A DNA stretch of 64,000 bases from Camelus dromedarius (lineage: Eukaryota): contig NC_087437.1 of NCBI RefSeq assembly GCF_036321535.1, forward strand, positions 93,808,001 through 93,872,000. The letters run 5' to 3'. Each line of letters begins with the position of its first letter. Within the stretch, counting starts at the first letter, position 1. A model generated the notes under the pieces. That model was given only the letters and a program-made list of their open reading frames with translations, searched no databases and was not told where the DNA came from. The position numbers and the translations under genes were made by a program. Positions 1 through 12,843 of the stretch are shown here, piece after piece.

Positions 1-1004
1 GAGAGAGAATATGTTTTTGTTTGCTTTTTTTATTTATTAACTTTAGATGAATTGGTTAACACTACGCAGAATGAATTGGCTGTAAATGGGAGAATTAAAA
101 AAGCACTGAAGGCAAGATGGATATTAGGAAGCTACTAAAATTGTTTAAGTAAAATATTATACAAGACTTCACTAAGTTATAGGATAACTTACATATAGCA
201 TGAGGAGTCTAGCAGAGAATTTGGAGTCAGGCGTCCAAACAGGTTTATGTAGGTCTTCCTTTAACAAGAATAAAACATTTCCTTGGCTTTTCTTTTTAAA
301 GGTCCATCCCATCTGTTTACAATTCCTCAGCCACAATAAAATATCATTTATTGTCTACAAGTCTTGACTCAGTATGGTTTTATGCTCTAGACTAAGAATT
401 TCCTATATGCTGGTGTGTCTCCTGGGAAATAAGTAATGCTACAGTAGGACAATGTTGTCAACAGAAAGAGATCAGTGATGCACGTGAGTGAGGGGGAGGA
501 AGTAAGAAAACAATCTGGATTGTGTTTCTTAACCAAAGACAGTAAATTCAATTATCATTGCTGCAATTATCTGGATTCTAAGTCAAATAAGCAACTAGAC
601 TATTAATGAAAAGATTATTTAGGGGACAATATACAGATTAGTACATTACTACTGAATCAGAAGTAATGAGGAAACAATATACTTGATAATTCACCTTTCA
701 TAGAGGAATCATTTAGAGGATATGGGAAATAAAGAGAAAGAACGAACTAAACCAAAAACTGAATTGAAATCAGAGGCAGAGTGAAAGAATAAAATCTATC
801 TTTAAATTAATAACAGAGCTTTGTTTTTCCTTTAGCTGTTTCTTCATTATATTTAATCTACACAGAATTGTGTCGTTTATTTAAAATTATTCAAACACAC
901 ATAAAATGCTGTCATATTGTGAATAAGCTTGAAAATCTGCTGTTTCCATGAAAGAATTAGATAATTTAGATTCACTCAGAAGTTATCAAGCAACTCATGG
1001 ATTT

Positions 1005-1390
1005 GCATCTCAGAGTAAAGACAAGGCATTTTCCGTGGCCCAGGTATTATGCTGACCTCATCTCCTACCATATTCCTCCTTACTGACTCACTCAATTCCA
1101 AGAACACTGCCATCCATATAGTGCTCCTTTTTGCAGATGCCAAGAACACTCCTATCTTATAATCATTGTACAGTTAATTCCTCTGCTTGAAAGTATCTTC
1201 CCTCTGATACCCACATAGCTTGCTTCCTAACTTCCTGTAAATCATTACTTTATATCATCTCTTCAGAAAGGCCTACCGTCATTAAAGCAGAAACTTATCT
1301 CCCAGAGAAGCCTTTGGACTTCTTATCATCTCAGATGCTACCTATTGACTTGTTCATTTTTCCTTGCTTTTATTCTCCCAACTAGATATT
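1005..1390 (+). mobile_element. L2 LINE 3' fragment (ancient)
   Basis: Pyrimidine-rich decayed sequence (ctgacctcatctcctacca...ttcctctgcttgaaagtatcttcc...tcttcagaaaggcct) resembling the L2 3' region. Confidence 0.65.
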
Positions 1391-4300
1391 ATTTTTTTTT
1401 AGTTTTTAACATTCATGAGACTAGCCTTCATTTTTCCTTTCTTTCTCTCCACAGTGAGGGGCTTAAACTAGACAATATTTAAAGTTGTGTCTTCAGTATT
1501 CTATGATTGCAATTTCCAGTAAGGTTATTGTTTTGTTGGCTTACTCTTCCTATTTATACTTTGAGTTAACTTTATTACCGAAATACAGAAAGCTTACTTC
1601 TTTTTAGGATTGCAACTCTGATTTCATGTGAAAATGAAGACAGGATATCAGAATGCCTTCTACAAAAACTCACCTTAGAGCAATTTTACTAAATCCTATC
1701 TAGATCATCACACAATGGATTGTCAAGAGTCTCATTACCATCATGTGAATTGCTATTAATGGCTCTATTTAGAAATGCTATTTTTATGTAATTCATTTTC
1801 AGTATCATTTTTGTGCATTTACCAAACAAAGCTAACAGAAGATCTCTATCTGAATTTGTACAACCTTTTAAGTTTCTAAGTGTGTTTCTGCTGATTTAAA
1901 AGAATTAGCCTCAAAATGTAAATAATTTTCAATAGTTAACTCACACATAAATACAAAGCAAATGTATCTCTGTATAAGCATTGCTTCTGACATTTGTGTT
2001 TAACAAGTAAAATTATGAATACGAACACGGACTTACTGGATTTTTGGTGATATAAATCAATGCCCTTGCACAAAATAGATTGCAGCAAAATTATAAAATA
2101 TTTACTCTGTAGAAATAACATCCTGGGTGTAGCAAGCTCAATAAAGAGCCACATAACCTTACCCTCTTAACATGCACATTTCGTTAAATACTAAATAATT
2201 CAATACGTATGAGCAATTCATAGAATGTTGGATAGCTATGCTGTTTCTCCACTCATTCCAATTTTATTGATTCTGCTACGACTCAAGTAAAGCTTAAAGA
2301 ATAATAAAGTGTTGTTTATTGTCCATCTTTTTTACGGTTTTCTGATAACATCACAAATGCTCCAAATAACAATATGCAAGGAAGAAGCAAATCTATGTCA
2401 TTCAGTCCATTGTTAATTTACAATTTTACAACATATTTTAAGACCTCATGATATTCCTGTTTGACTAAATTTGAAGAAAATAGAACATTTTATTGTATGA
2501 ATAAATGAAATTCACCCTTTTATAGAATATTATATCTTCCAAACTGTATAAATTGTCTCTAGTTTTACTTAATTTCAAGTTTTGTCATTTTCTTTGTCAC
2601 CAAACTATTTCAATCAAATTATATTTCAAATTTGATCTTGCTTTCCATGTTTTATCATCAGCAGAGTTAAGCTTTTTTCCATCATGTCTCTTCTTTTCCC
2701 TTAGCACTTCCAATAGCCTTCTTTAGGTTCTTATTACTTCATCCATAAACAAAATATTCTACAAACTCTTTTCCTTTTCTCAGTTTCTCTACATTATTTC
2801 AAATTCTGTTTATTTTAATACTCCTTTTTTTGTTCACTTAAAACCATTATAGACATTTCAAAATCTGACCTGCGTCAGTCTTTACAGTTTTTTTGTAATC
2901 CCTTTAAGCAGAATCAAATGTTTTAATAATAAAATAATTATTTGTTTAAATAATAAAAATAAATAGATAATAATAAAGGGAAAATTTCTTATTTCTGTAT
3001 TAAAAAAACTGTGTCTAAACTTCATGGCACATCTGCCTCTTCATCCTCTTCATTTTATTCTAATACTTCAAGTTTGGTCTTTATAAACCATTTTGGAAAG
3101 AATTAGAATGGAGTTTCAGGAATAGAAAGAAATCAATATTAAATATTTAGAAATGGAGAGGTGGTGTATAAAACTTTATAGTTACTTTCCTGACGTCATA
3201 TGGAATATAAGTTTAATAATTAGGTAGAAGTACCAGAAAAAAATTTTCCCCACCAAACCCTTTACTGCAGAACTTAGACTTATTTGCATTATTTGAAGAA
3301 ACTGTTCATAATAATAGCTTTATTTTCCACCGATTTTCCAAGTTCATGTTTTCATTTTATATAAACCTAGTTTTCAATCAAAATTCCACTGAATGTAATT
3401 TGCAATTTCTTACTCTGATCTATATTTTAATTCTCACCACCTGTAACACTCTTTTCTAGTCTCAATATATAGACTAAGTACAAAATAACAGCCTATGGAT
3501 ATCAGAGTGGAGAGAGAGTAATAATCTGTATGTTTGTTAATTTTGTTAATTTAGTAAAATAACTAACATGGAATTTTAACAGTTTTATTGCTTAAACCAG
3601 GTAATTCTGTCAATAAGATGATAGTAGTGGTGAAGAGGAGTTATAAACTCTTTAGTGAATCCATTGGAATTGAGAGTTTGAGTTTTCATCAAATGGAGGC
3701 TAGAGAGTAGTTGGATTGATGGGGAAAATTCAAATGAAGTAGGTTTCTTAGATGATGGGAATAATAGTCTTGAAATGGAAATCAGGAGGGTAAGTTGTAA
3801 TGGGGCATTGGAGAATGCACTTTAAAGTAGCCTACAGTTTAAAGGACTTCAGAGAAAACAGTATTCTCACAAGCAAGTACTGGATTAGAATACGACTTTG
3901 CTGGAGGTCATGTTATGAGGTGTAGAGGACACAGTAGAAGATGTCATGAGAGTCAAAAAGGGGTCGAATTTTGAATACAGTAAGAAATATAAAAGAAGCA
4001 AGAGAGATAAAAGCCTGGGTGATGGTGGATGACTGAAGAGGTTAAGACTTCAGAGGCTTAGTTTAAAAAGTCTGGAAAGCATGTTGGAATTATTTCTTTT
4101 GATTTCATAGGGAAAGTGGGCCTCTATCTTGGGTTCCACTTTTTAAACTTGTGAAGCAGGACAAGTTGTGACTTGACTAAGAGAAGATCACATAGAAGAG
4201 AACTTCAGGTCTGTGGACATCCATTTTGATTGCCTGTAAAGGTGTTAGGGAAGAAATTTTCTATCTACTAGCATTTGGAGCTCTGAAAATATAGCTTAAA

Positions 4301-4719
4301 ATATATATGGAAATTTTTTAAACCTCCTTTATAGACCTGAAGGCTAATTTTGTTTGTCAACCAAGTTAAGAATACCCTCTTTATCAAATGTTTCTGCCAA
4401 ACACGTCAGAGAAAAAGGCATGGGGAAATCATTATATATCTCCATATAACTCTCTCAAGGGGCTAATATTAAGGGGATAAAATGAGGAGGTGGATCTATC
4501 TTGTGCCCAGGAAAAAGCAGAGTTCTTAGGTTCTTAATATTTGTCCTTTTGCATTGATCCACTTTCCCTAAATGAGGACTTTAAAGAATTTTTCTTGCAA
4601 GTATTCTTTTTTTCTTCTCCTTGTTATAATAGCAAAAGTTGACTGATATGGGTAAACTTTTCAAATAGGATTTTCAAAATGGTAGGTTTTTTGGCTCATC
4701 TGCGGTCAACTTTACCTTT

Positions 4720-5280
4720 CCAAAATGTGAAAGTGATTATGCCATCTCCTTGATTAAAAATCTTCTTTAAAAAAAAGGGTATCTTAAAATGTATGATGTG
4801 TGTATGACATGGGGTTGGTCTGCTTGTTCAGTCTCCTCTCAACTCTTTCCATTTGTTGCTCAACTACCAGTTTGTGTTTGTTTTCTTATTTATCTAAGTG
4901 GCCATTTTTCCTTCCAGCCTCCTGCATTTTCCCATGCTATTCCCCTGGTGATAGGGCACTATCCATTCCTTCACCTTTCCACTTCATCACCACCCTAACT
5001 CCTATTCTACTTGAGATCTGAAAATGCAAATGTTATTTCTCCATTGTAGGCTTCCTAAGAAACTCAGGTTGCTTTGAATATGGTCTCTTGGTGCTCTGAA
5101 CACATACCAGTCTGTTATTAAGGATTAGTCATTTAATATATGTTTGCTTTACACATTAGACTGTAAGTTAAATGAATTATTGTTATTTGTGTGCATGTAA
5201 TTTAGTTACTTGTATATTCTCAGCATCTAACAAAATATATGACCAAAAATAGCAAACAATTATTTAACATATGTATCTCA
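4720..5280 (+). mobile_element. L2 LINE fragment
   Basis: gattatgccatctccttgattaaaa...ccatgctattcccctgg...cattagactgtaag resembles the L2 3' end. Confidence 0.55.
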
Positions 5281-6190
5281 ACTAATATTAACCAATAGTT
5301 TTAAATAGTGTGCATACTACAGTAATTCTACTTTCATAAATTCATCTCAAATTAATTATTAAAGATGGCTCAAATATTCAGGAGGAGGATGCATTCATAG
5401 CATTTTTATAATATAGAAAACAAATTCAAGTTCAGCAACAGGGGATTGGATACTTTTTTTTACTGTTATACAGTGAAACTTCAAACAACTAAACAATATG
5501 TTGTTGTAGATTAAAGGCTAGTTATTTCAAAACATCTCTATCCTCTGTCTATCATCTATCTGTTTGTCTATGCATCCATCCACCTATTATCTTCCGTAAC
5601 AGATATAAACTAAAAATAAGCAGTGTTATCCTGAAACTTCTTAAATTTTCTAATATTTTAATACTATTAAAAAGGAAATGGAATATAATACATTCTAAAA
5701 CAATAAAATATAGACCATACAAACTACTCTTCATTAATGTAGTTTAAGTGTTCCTTGTAGATAATCTTTATTTCTTAAAGTTGACAGCATGTTTGGTTAG
5801 GTAAGGAATGATATGCTCTTCTCCTCTGAAATCTCAACTGTGGTTATTAATCATTTGGTCTAAATAAATATTGTACTGAATAATACATGCACATCAGAAA
5901 ATTTGAGGATGTATAGTGCTGGAAAGCAAGATTTCCCAAAGGTATTAATATATCTAGAATGAGAAAGTTTTATTTCATTGCATTTGGCAATAGAGGTGAA
6001 ATTTTAGTGTCTACCTTATTATAATTAATGTATTGTGAGTAACTATAAAATGGAAATGTTGTAGATGGGACTGCTGAGTCTTTCAGTAATGAATCAACCC
6101 ATGAAAAGAAACACGCTACACTTCATGATTGAGAACCGGAGAGGTATCAGGCCCACACCACGCTCTTCCCCTAGGAAGGCCCAATCTTAC

Positions 6191-6243
6191 TATCTTTTTG
6201 TATTTCATATTTTGTGTTAGTACCGGACGTATGTAGTGCTTTT
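6191..6243 (-). other. Candidate 53-bp internal exon (unverified)
   Basis: Minus strand reads cttctcttctcactcag|AAAAGCACTAC...AAAAAGATA|gtaaga, with a polypyrimidine acceptor and GT donor. Two frames are open (KHYIRPVLTQNMKYKKI or KALHTSGTNTKYEIQKD). Protein not recognised. Confidence 0.25.
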
Positions 6244-6625
6244 CTGAGTGAGAAGAGAAGTTTAAATATCTGTTGTGAGATGATGTTATTAAAATGAAGG
6301 TGAAAGATAATAGTAATTTATGAAGTATAAGCTGTGATGTAAGTGGGTTTGAAAGATGATGGTCCCAACTTTGTTCTTTATAAACATGTGCAGGTTTTCC
6401 TGAATAATTATGAGTTAATATTTTGAAAGTCCTAGTTAAAATGCAAATGTGAAACCTGAGATGAGTACAAGCTACAACAGACATTTTCTTTCCTTAACCT
6501 GAATCAGCTTGTCAGATTAACCAACGTTTATACATTACAGTCTTTCAAGTATGCAAAATAGGATGTCAGTTTTAAAGTTGTATTGAAAAAGTTGGCCTCA
6601 AAACAAATGTAAAGAGGTTTCTGTT

Positions 6626-6781
6626 GAGGGGGAGGGTACAGCTCAGGGATAGAGTGTATGCCTAGCATGCACAAGGTCCTTGGTTCAATCCCCAGTACCT
6701 CCATTAAAATAAATATATAAATATCTAATTACCTTCTCCCAAAGTAAAATAAAATAATTTAAAAATTTTTAAATTGAAATA
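6626..6781 (+). mobile_element. tRNA-Ala(AGC)-derived SINE, camelid Vic-1 type
   Basis: Head closely resembles tRNA-Ala-AGC, with a decayed A box and B box ggttcaatccc (6682-6692). AT-rich tail. Flanking TSD aaagaggtttctgtt (6611-6625) / aaagaggtttgtatt (6782-6796), 13/15 identical. Confidence 0.9.
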
Positions 6782-6899
6782 AAAGAGGTTTGTATTCTTG
6801 AACATTTTCAATGAAGTGTTCATTAGTGCGCTTCTTTTCCCCACTTTACTACCAGGAATCTCAAAGGTAGGAGAAGGAAATAAACTATCACACATGTAA

Positions 6900-7090
6900 C
6901 ACCTGGGCACACCAAACAGTGTACCAAGGGCTTTGCTAGCTTCGAATCAGTAATTTACAAAACATCCCCCCCCACAAGGTAGGTTTCTTAGTTTGCATTT
7001 TACAAAGAAAATACAAGTGCAGGTAAGGTAAGTGAGACTCAGCTATAAGTGAATCAATTAAACCATGTATCTCTGACTTCAAACATCTTT
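6900..7090 (-). mobile_element. MIR SINE remnant
   Basis: acaaggtaggtttcttagtttgcattttacaaagaaaataca...tctctgacttcaaa resembles the MIR core in reverse orientation. Confidence 0.5.
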
Positions 7091-8126
7091 CTGAAATTGT
7101 GTGATGTTCATTTAAAAAAGGAAATTGTATTCACTGCTTTTTTCTATCATTGAATTATCTAAAACCAGTAACAAATAATACATAACTATGTGTGTACTGC
7201 AGTTATGGTATAATGTATACAATTATATTATTGTAAAAAATAATAGTCTTTGATCCATCCTTAATTTTAGGGAAGAACGTTGCTGTTCAACCTCATGACG
7301 GATATCCAAAGCATAGTTACAGAATGTACTCAAGGTGATAAGCCCTTGAAAGGATCATAATGTGACTATTCTGCAAAGATAAAGTAAAGTAAATATGATT
7401 ATCTATAACAAGTTTAACCAATGATGAGTGTATGCTTATACAGAATGTCCTGACATAACTGAAAGATAAAATAAAAACAAGTACAAATAAATCTAAGATG
7501 GAGGTAGTATCAAAATTCAGTAGATTAAAAAAAATTTTTTTTAAGAATCTGCCTGATTTTGCACATGTTAAAGTAAGTATAGATGATTAAGTTTAATTTT
7601 TAAAATGCATTTTAAAATGAAACAGTTTTTAAACTATGGCATACAATTAATATGCATAATATGTCCCAATTTAAATATTTTTAGACATTATCTAACCTAA
7701 GTATAAATTAGATCTAAATATATATGTGCCTAATATATTATATTTAGGTAATATGTATGTTTAGGATGTATATAAATTCATAGATACATGTGTATGTATA
7801 ATTTATCTTATATACTTTAATGTATTTATTGACAATCAATACTGAGCATTGGTGCTGGCTAGTGTTTACTATAAATATACAGAGATAAGAAAAAAATTTT
7901 CCCAAGTTAATATTTTTATTTGTACTCTCATGTATTGTAGGACATCAGTAACAAATTTAGCCTTAGGAAAATTAGCAGTATTTCAAGGGATTTTTTTCAT
8001 AATATAATTTTTGTGGATATACAGATTTGTAAGGTAATTGTCAGAGACCAAAGTATGTAATTTTAATATTACCTTACAATAAAACTTTTTATAAAATATT
8101 TTTAAAAATTATTTTAGAGATTGCTG

Positions 8127-8635
8127 AAACTTCAGCTTCTGACCAAGATGGAGTAACAGGGACCTATTTTATCCTTCTGCTAGAAACATCCTCAAAACAG
8201 ACCAGATACATATAAAACAACACTTTGTAAATTATGACGCAATAGACATTGAAGGACAGTGATTCCTGAGTGATGAAAAACAAATGAGGAAAGCCCTCCT
8301 TTTGCCCCCGATTCTAGACTTAAGACAGTTTCTAGGCTATGATGCCGTGAGGATAAACCAAGGCAGAGTACCTGAGTTGAGAAGACAGTACTGCAAGTTT
8401 GGGGAGACAAAGGGGCTGGAGTTTGCAGAGCAGAGTACAGGCAAGGAGCGAGCTAGATGGATAAAGAACTCTGGAGCTTGCAGAGGGTCCTTTTCAACAC
8501 AATGCTCTTGTGTTGAGTACTGATCCACAGATGAATCTGAGTATCTAACCAAGGTTGGGGAAATAACCACCAGAAAGGATTAGAGGACACACATAAAGTT
8601 TGGAAGAGTACCTGTTGCCTCCAGCCATACTAGAC
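8127..8635 (+). mobile_element. Old L1 (L1MC/L1MD-type) 5' UTR fragment
   Basis: Begins acttcagcttctgaccaagatggagtaacaggg with a YY1-like caagatgg (8144-8151). Continues with gaaggacagtgattcctgag...ctgagttgagaagacag...gaaaggattagagg, typical of L1M 5' ends. Confidence 0.75.
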
Positions 8636-8641
8636 ATTTCA

Positions 8642-8837
8642 TGTGATATTGTGATTTATAAGAAATATATTTATTTGGTCCACATTCCCACTTCTGGAAT
8701 AGTGAGCCTAAAACCCTTGGAATTTCCTAAGTGATGAGAGTGATAGGGTTGGCTTTTTTTTATATTAATGAGGTGACTTTTGAAAAGCACCTAAGGACAG
8801 AACTGATTACCTCTGGATCCAACCATGTGCTTAGAGA
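8642..8837 (+). mobile_element. MER21-family LTR, 5' fragment
   Basis: Starts tgtgatattgtgatttataagaaatatat...cctaaaacccttggaatttcctaagtgat, similar to the LTR at 10939. Confidence 0.75.
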
Positions 8838-10721
8838 AAAGCTTTACTGATAACTTTCATATACTAAAATAAAAGATGAAAACATGTTACTTCAGGATCT
8901 ATGGTGTAGTTAACGTCCATTATATATGAAACACATTTTTCATTCATAATAAATTTCTAAAGACTGTGCTATTTAATTAATACTTATGACAATGGTCCTC
9001 TATCTTTTTCCAAGATTAACATACATAATTAATACAATGTTTAAAAAGACTGTATCTATCCTATTTTAATTTTGATTGCCTTAAGGATTAGATTATGTGG
9101 GCTAATAAACAACATAAATCTCACCTTGAAATTTTGCATCTTCTATTTTGGTTATTTTGAAAGCATAATAGCTATCTCTTTACATAAAACAGTATTATCT
9201 AACCCTTGCAAGGCATATAGCATATTACATACAAACGGAAACAATAACAGGCACATGGTGAGCTGTTCAAGTATTTATTGAATCAGTATAAATTGGAATG
9301 AGTTAATGCATAAGGAAAAAACACAATAATCAATTTCTGTGTATGGATCCATACAGTTTTAAATGGGTAATTTCATATGATGATATATTTCCTAAATGAT
9401 AATTTTAACTACTACTTATTTTATATAGATGTTAATTAGTATCTCAGGTATGATCACAAAATCTGTTATATTTACTAATTCATACAGCTAATATTTAAGT
9501 AATTTTATACTAAATTTTTGAGAAATTATGAGCCTAGAGCTTATTTTCACTAAATTCTGTCCCTTACATATTAAGTTGCAATTTTCTCAACTACCACTTA
9601 GATACTTTATGACTTATAGTCATTAATTAACAGCATATCAGTGAATTCTCTCCTAGACCCTATTCTGAGTACGTAGCTGGTAATGCTTAATCCACAATCA
9701 GAATATGGAAAAAACATTGCAGCATTTCTTTCTCAAAATTATTGCATTTTCTAAAATACCCTATGAACAATTTATGATGCCTGATTAGAATTCAGATAGG
9801 TATTAAAAATCTTATACTTTATTGCACATACATATTTTCTTGCATGTATATTGTACATACAGAGTTCATGGAAAATTTGATTTACTACTCAAAGAGATTT
9901 AAGAAAAAATAAAGACATATTCCAGTGGGAGGGGAGAAATACACCTTATTGAGTGTTTTGTCCTTAGAAGTTCCATTTAGATCAGTAGTCGCCACCAAAT
10001 GCATTTTTTTTTCCTGGCAAAAATGTAGATTTTTCTTTTCCTTTTTGTTTTTTTTTTCTTTCTCTGTAGAAAAATCCTATCCTTAGTAAACTATTGCTAC
10101 CGACTATCCCTGTAGTTATTTTTTAAATTCTCTCTTTTGCTGTTTTCAGTTATGCAGTTGTTTTCAATTATCTTGTGTTTTCCACTTCCAAGTGATTTTA
10201 ATTTTTCAGTCAGCATTGGTAATGGTCAAGTTTACTGAGAGCTAACTGGTGGATAACTGATCTCTAAGATAGCCAAGACCAAAAATAATGTTAAGAGATG
10301 AGATAGGTATTCAAGGCACTGCCCGCTGTGAAAGGAAAATAAAAATGAAGTCAGTTTTGGTAAAGAGTTTTCTAAAATGGAGCTGGCAGACCCTTGAGGA
10401 AGTGTGGCTTATGCACGTCTCAGCCTAAATGGATTCTGACTTTGGCCACTTACTGTTTTAACACAGGTATCCGGTACACATGCCCAGTGTTCCAGAAACT
10501 CAAGAGAGTTATCGGACCCCTACCTTAAAATAACTCACAGCAAATCCTTTAAGGATAAACATTTCCTTTCTTGCATCGGGCTCAATCATAATTATTGTCA
10601 GACAATTTTAACAGCCTTGTAGTTTTTACCTTTATAAGACCTTGACTCTTTCTCTTCCTTGGAACACGCTCAGTTTTAACCAAGTTGGTATCTCCCAAAT
10701 TGCAGTAGACTCCAGTTAAAC

Positions 10722-10893
10722 TTTTTTTTTTTTTTAAGTGAAGTATATTCAGTTTACAATGTGTCAATTTCTGGTGTACAGCATGATGTTTCACTCATAC
10801 ATATACATACATATATGAGTTTTCATATTTTTTTCATTATAGATTACTGTTGAATATAGTTCTCTGTGCTATGCAGAAGAAACTTGTTTATCT
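10722..10893 (-). mobile_element. Younger 5'-truncated L1 3' end with poly(A)
   Basis: Poly-T followed by aagtgaagtatattcagtttacaatgtgtcaatttctggtgtacagc, an artiodactyl/camelid-type L1 3' UTR. Short taaact repeat on both sides. Confidence 0.8.
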
Positions 10894-10938
10894 ATAAACT
10901 CTTTTCTTATTTGCTCCCTTCTGTGTTTCTTGGTAGAC

Positions 10939-11745
10939 GTTACGATACTGTGATATAATAAGAAATACATATTTGGTCTTCATCATGTCCCTGGTTCCTG
11001 GCAAAGAGTTCCTGAAACTCTTATAATTTCCTGAGTGATAGGGTTGAGGGAGATGTCTTTTTTATTCATGATAAAACTCTCTCAAACTTACCTTGGTCCA
11101 TGCTAAGGAAGTGACTCTTGATGGACCCCTAGATAGCTTCAGGATGGGGGCTGGTTGCTAGAGGAACCAATCAAGTGATTAGAGGGTTCAAACTTTTAGC
11201 CCCAACTCCTGACCTTCAGTGTAGAGAAGGGCTGGAGACTGAGTTAATAATCAGTCATGCCTACATAAACCTCAATGAACGCCCTAAACAACCGAGTTCA
11301 AGCATCTTCCAGAAAAGTGGACACTCCACTGAGATGGAAGCTCCTACCTGAAAGACCCTTCCAGACTTCTCCCTATGGACCTCTTCTTCTGTCTGTTCAT
11401 TTGTATCCTTTATAATACTGTTTATTATAAACTGGTATTAGGAAGTAAGTTTTCCCTGAGTTCAGTGAGTCTTTCTAGCAAGTTACCAACACTGAGGAGG
11501 AAGTTATGGCAACCTCTGATTTATAGCCAATGGGCCAGAAGAATGAGAGGCCTGAGACTCGTGATTGGTAGTCGAAGTGGGGATAAGTCTTGTGAGACTG
11601 AGTCCTTAACCTGTGGGATCTGTTCTGACTTTGGTAGTTAGCATCAGGCCTGAATTGACTTGTAGGACATCCCGTTGGTGTATGCAGAGAGTTGGAGAAT
11701 TGCTTGGTGAGGAAAACCTACATGTTTGGTGTCAAAAGTATCATA
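10939..11745 (+). mobile_element. MER21-family solo LTR (MER21B/C-like)
   Basis: ttacgatactgtgatataataagaaatac...cccctagatagcttcaggatgggggctggttgc...gttttccctgagttc...ggagaattgcttggtg...tttggtgtca; near full length. Confidence 0.85.
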
Positions 11746-11879
11746 GGTTCAAAGAGATCTTACTGCCCCAAAATTTATTGGTTCTAAATCACTAAAACAT
11801 AAATGTCATAGACAAGTCTTGGTTTGCAGTAGGACTAGCAGAGACCTATTCAAGTAGGCATAACAAATGGGGTGTCGAG

Positions 11880-12050
11880 CTAAGAATTATTGAGCCTTAC
11901 TGAGTGCTCAGCACTCTGGTATGTGTTTATCATATATTATCTATTTTGTCCTTGAAACAACTATATGGGAGATATTTTATGCATGAAAAATCTTTAGTGA
12001 GTAATACATGCAAGTCACTAGCAATTTGAAAACAGGGACAGACAAAGCCA
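11880..12050 (-). mobile_element. MIR remnant
   Basis: tattgagccttactgagtgctcagcactc...aaacaactatatgggag...aagtcactagcaatt. Confidence 0.5.
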
Positions 12051-12214
12051 AGGCAAGAAAAATTTTAAAGGATTTATAGTTTTGAAACCTAACGTGAATA
12101 CTATATGAGAAAATAAATCCACAGGGGGTGGTAGTGGATAAGAGTGTTGGGCTGAGTGTAAACATCATTAGCAAAAAAAATCTAAACTCAAACAAACAAA
12201 TAAATAATGAATAC

Positions 12215-12440
12215 ATATTAGGTAGGCACTTCATTTTGCAAGCACTTAAAACTATTAGCTCACTTAATCATCATAACAACCCAAAGAGGTAAGCACTTTT
12301 ATTAACATCACGATATTTCACAAGAGGAAACGTAGACACACAGAAGATAATCGGACAAATAATCCAAGGTCAAATAGGTAATAAGTGGTTCAAATATTGT
12401 CAGTTTTTTGCAGAGTGCAAACTTCCAAGCCCCAGGCTAC
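12215..12440 (-). mobile_element. MIR SINE
   Basis: tattagctcacttaatcatcataacaaccc...gaggtaagcacttttatt...gaggaaacgtagacac...ccaaggtca. Confidence 0.7.
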
Positions 12441-12654
12441 AAGCAGCAGAATTTTGAGTTGAGTTCCACTGGACATTTTAGGATACTTTGCAGGAATAGA
12501 GACATCATACTTATGTCCAGATGTTTCAACAGCTCAAGATGGAGGAGTAGGATATTCATTCTTTGGGGGAATTAAGTACCAAAAGAAAATTTGAGTGTAA
12601 GACTCACTAATAAAGCAAAGCTTAACTTCTTAGTAGCAAAGGTGAGAGACAGGC

Positions 12655-12843
12655 ATTGGAGATATTAACTACTATATATAAAATAGATAAACAAGATTCT
12701 ACTGTACAGCACAGGGAATTATATTCAGTACCTTTTAATGGTCTATAATGAAAAAGAATATATGTATGTATATAAATGAATCCTTGTGCTGTACACCAGC
12801 AATTAGCACAACATTGTAAGTTGACTATACTTCAATTTAAAAG
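12655..12843 (+). mobile_element. Younger 5'-truncated L1 3' end
   Basis: actactatatataaaatagataaacaag...ctgtacagcacagggaattatattcagtacc...gctgtacaccag...gactatacttcaatt; same family as the 10722 copy, opposite strand. Confidence 0.85.

Noticed and set aside
3191..3198. Perfect CRE TGACGTCA
   Set aside because: Isolated 8-mer with no supporting context.
6630..6703. tRNA-Ala gene
   Set aside because: Mutated A box and stems, SINE tail and TSD show it is a SINE.
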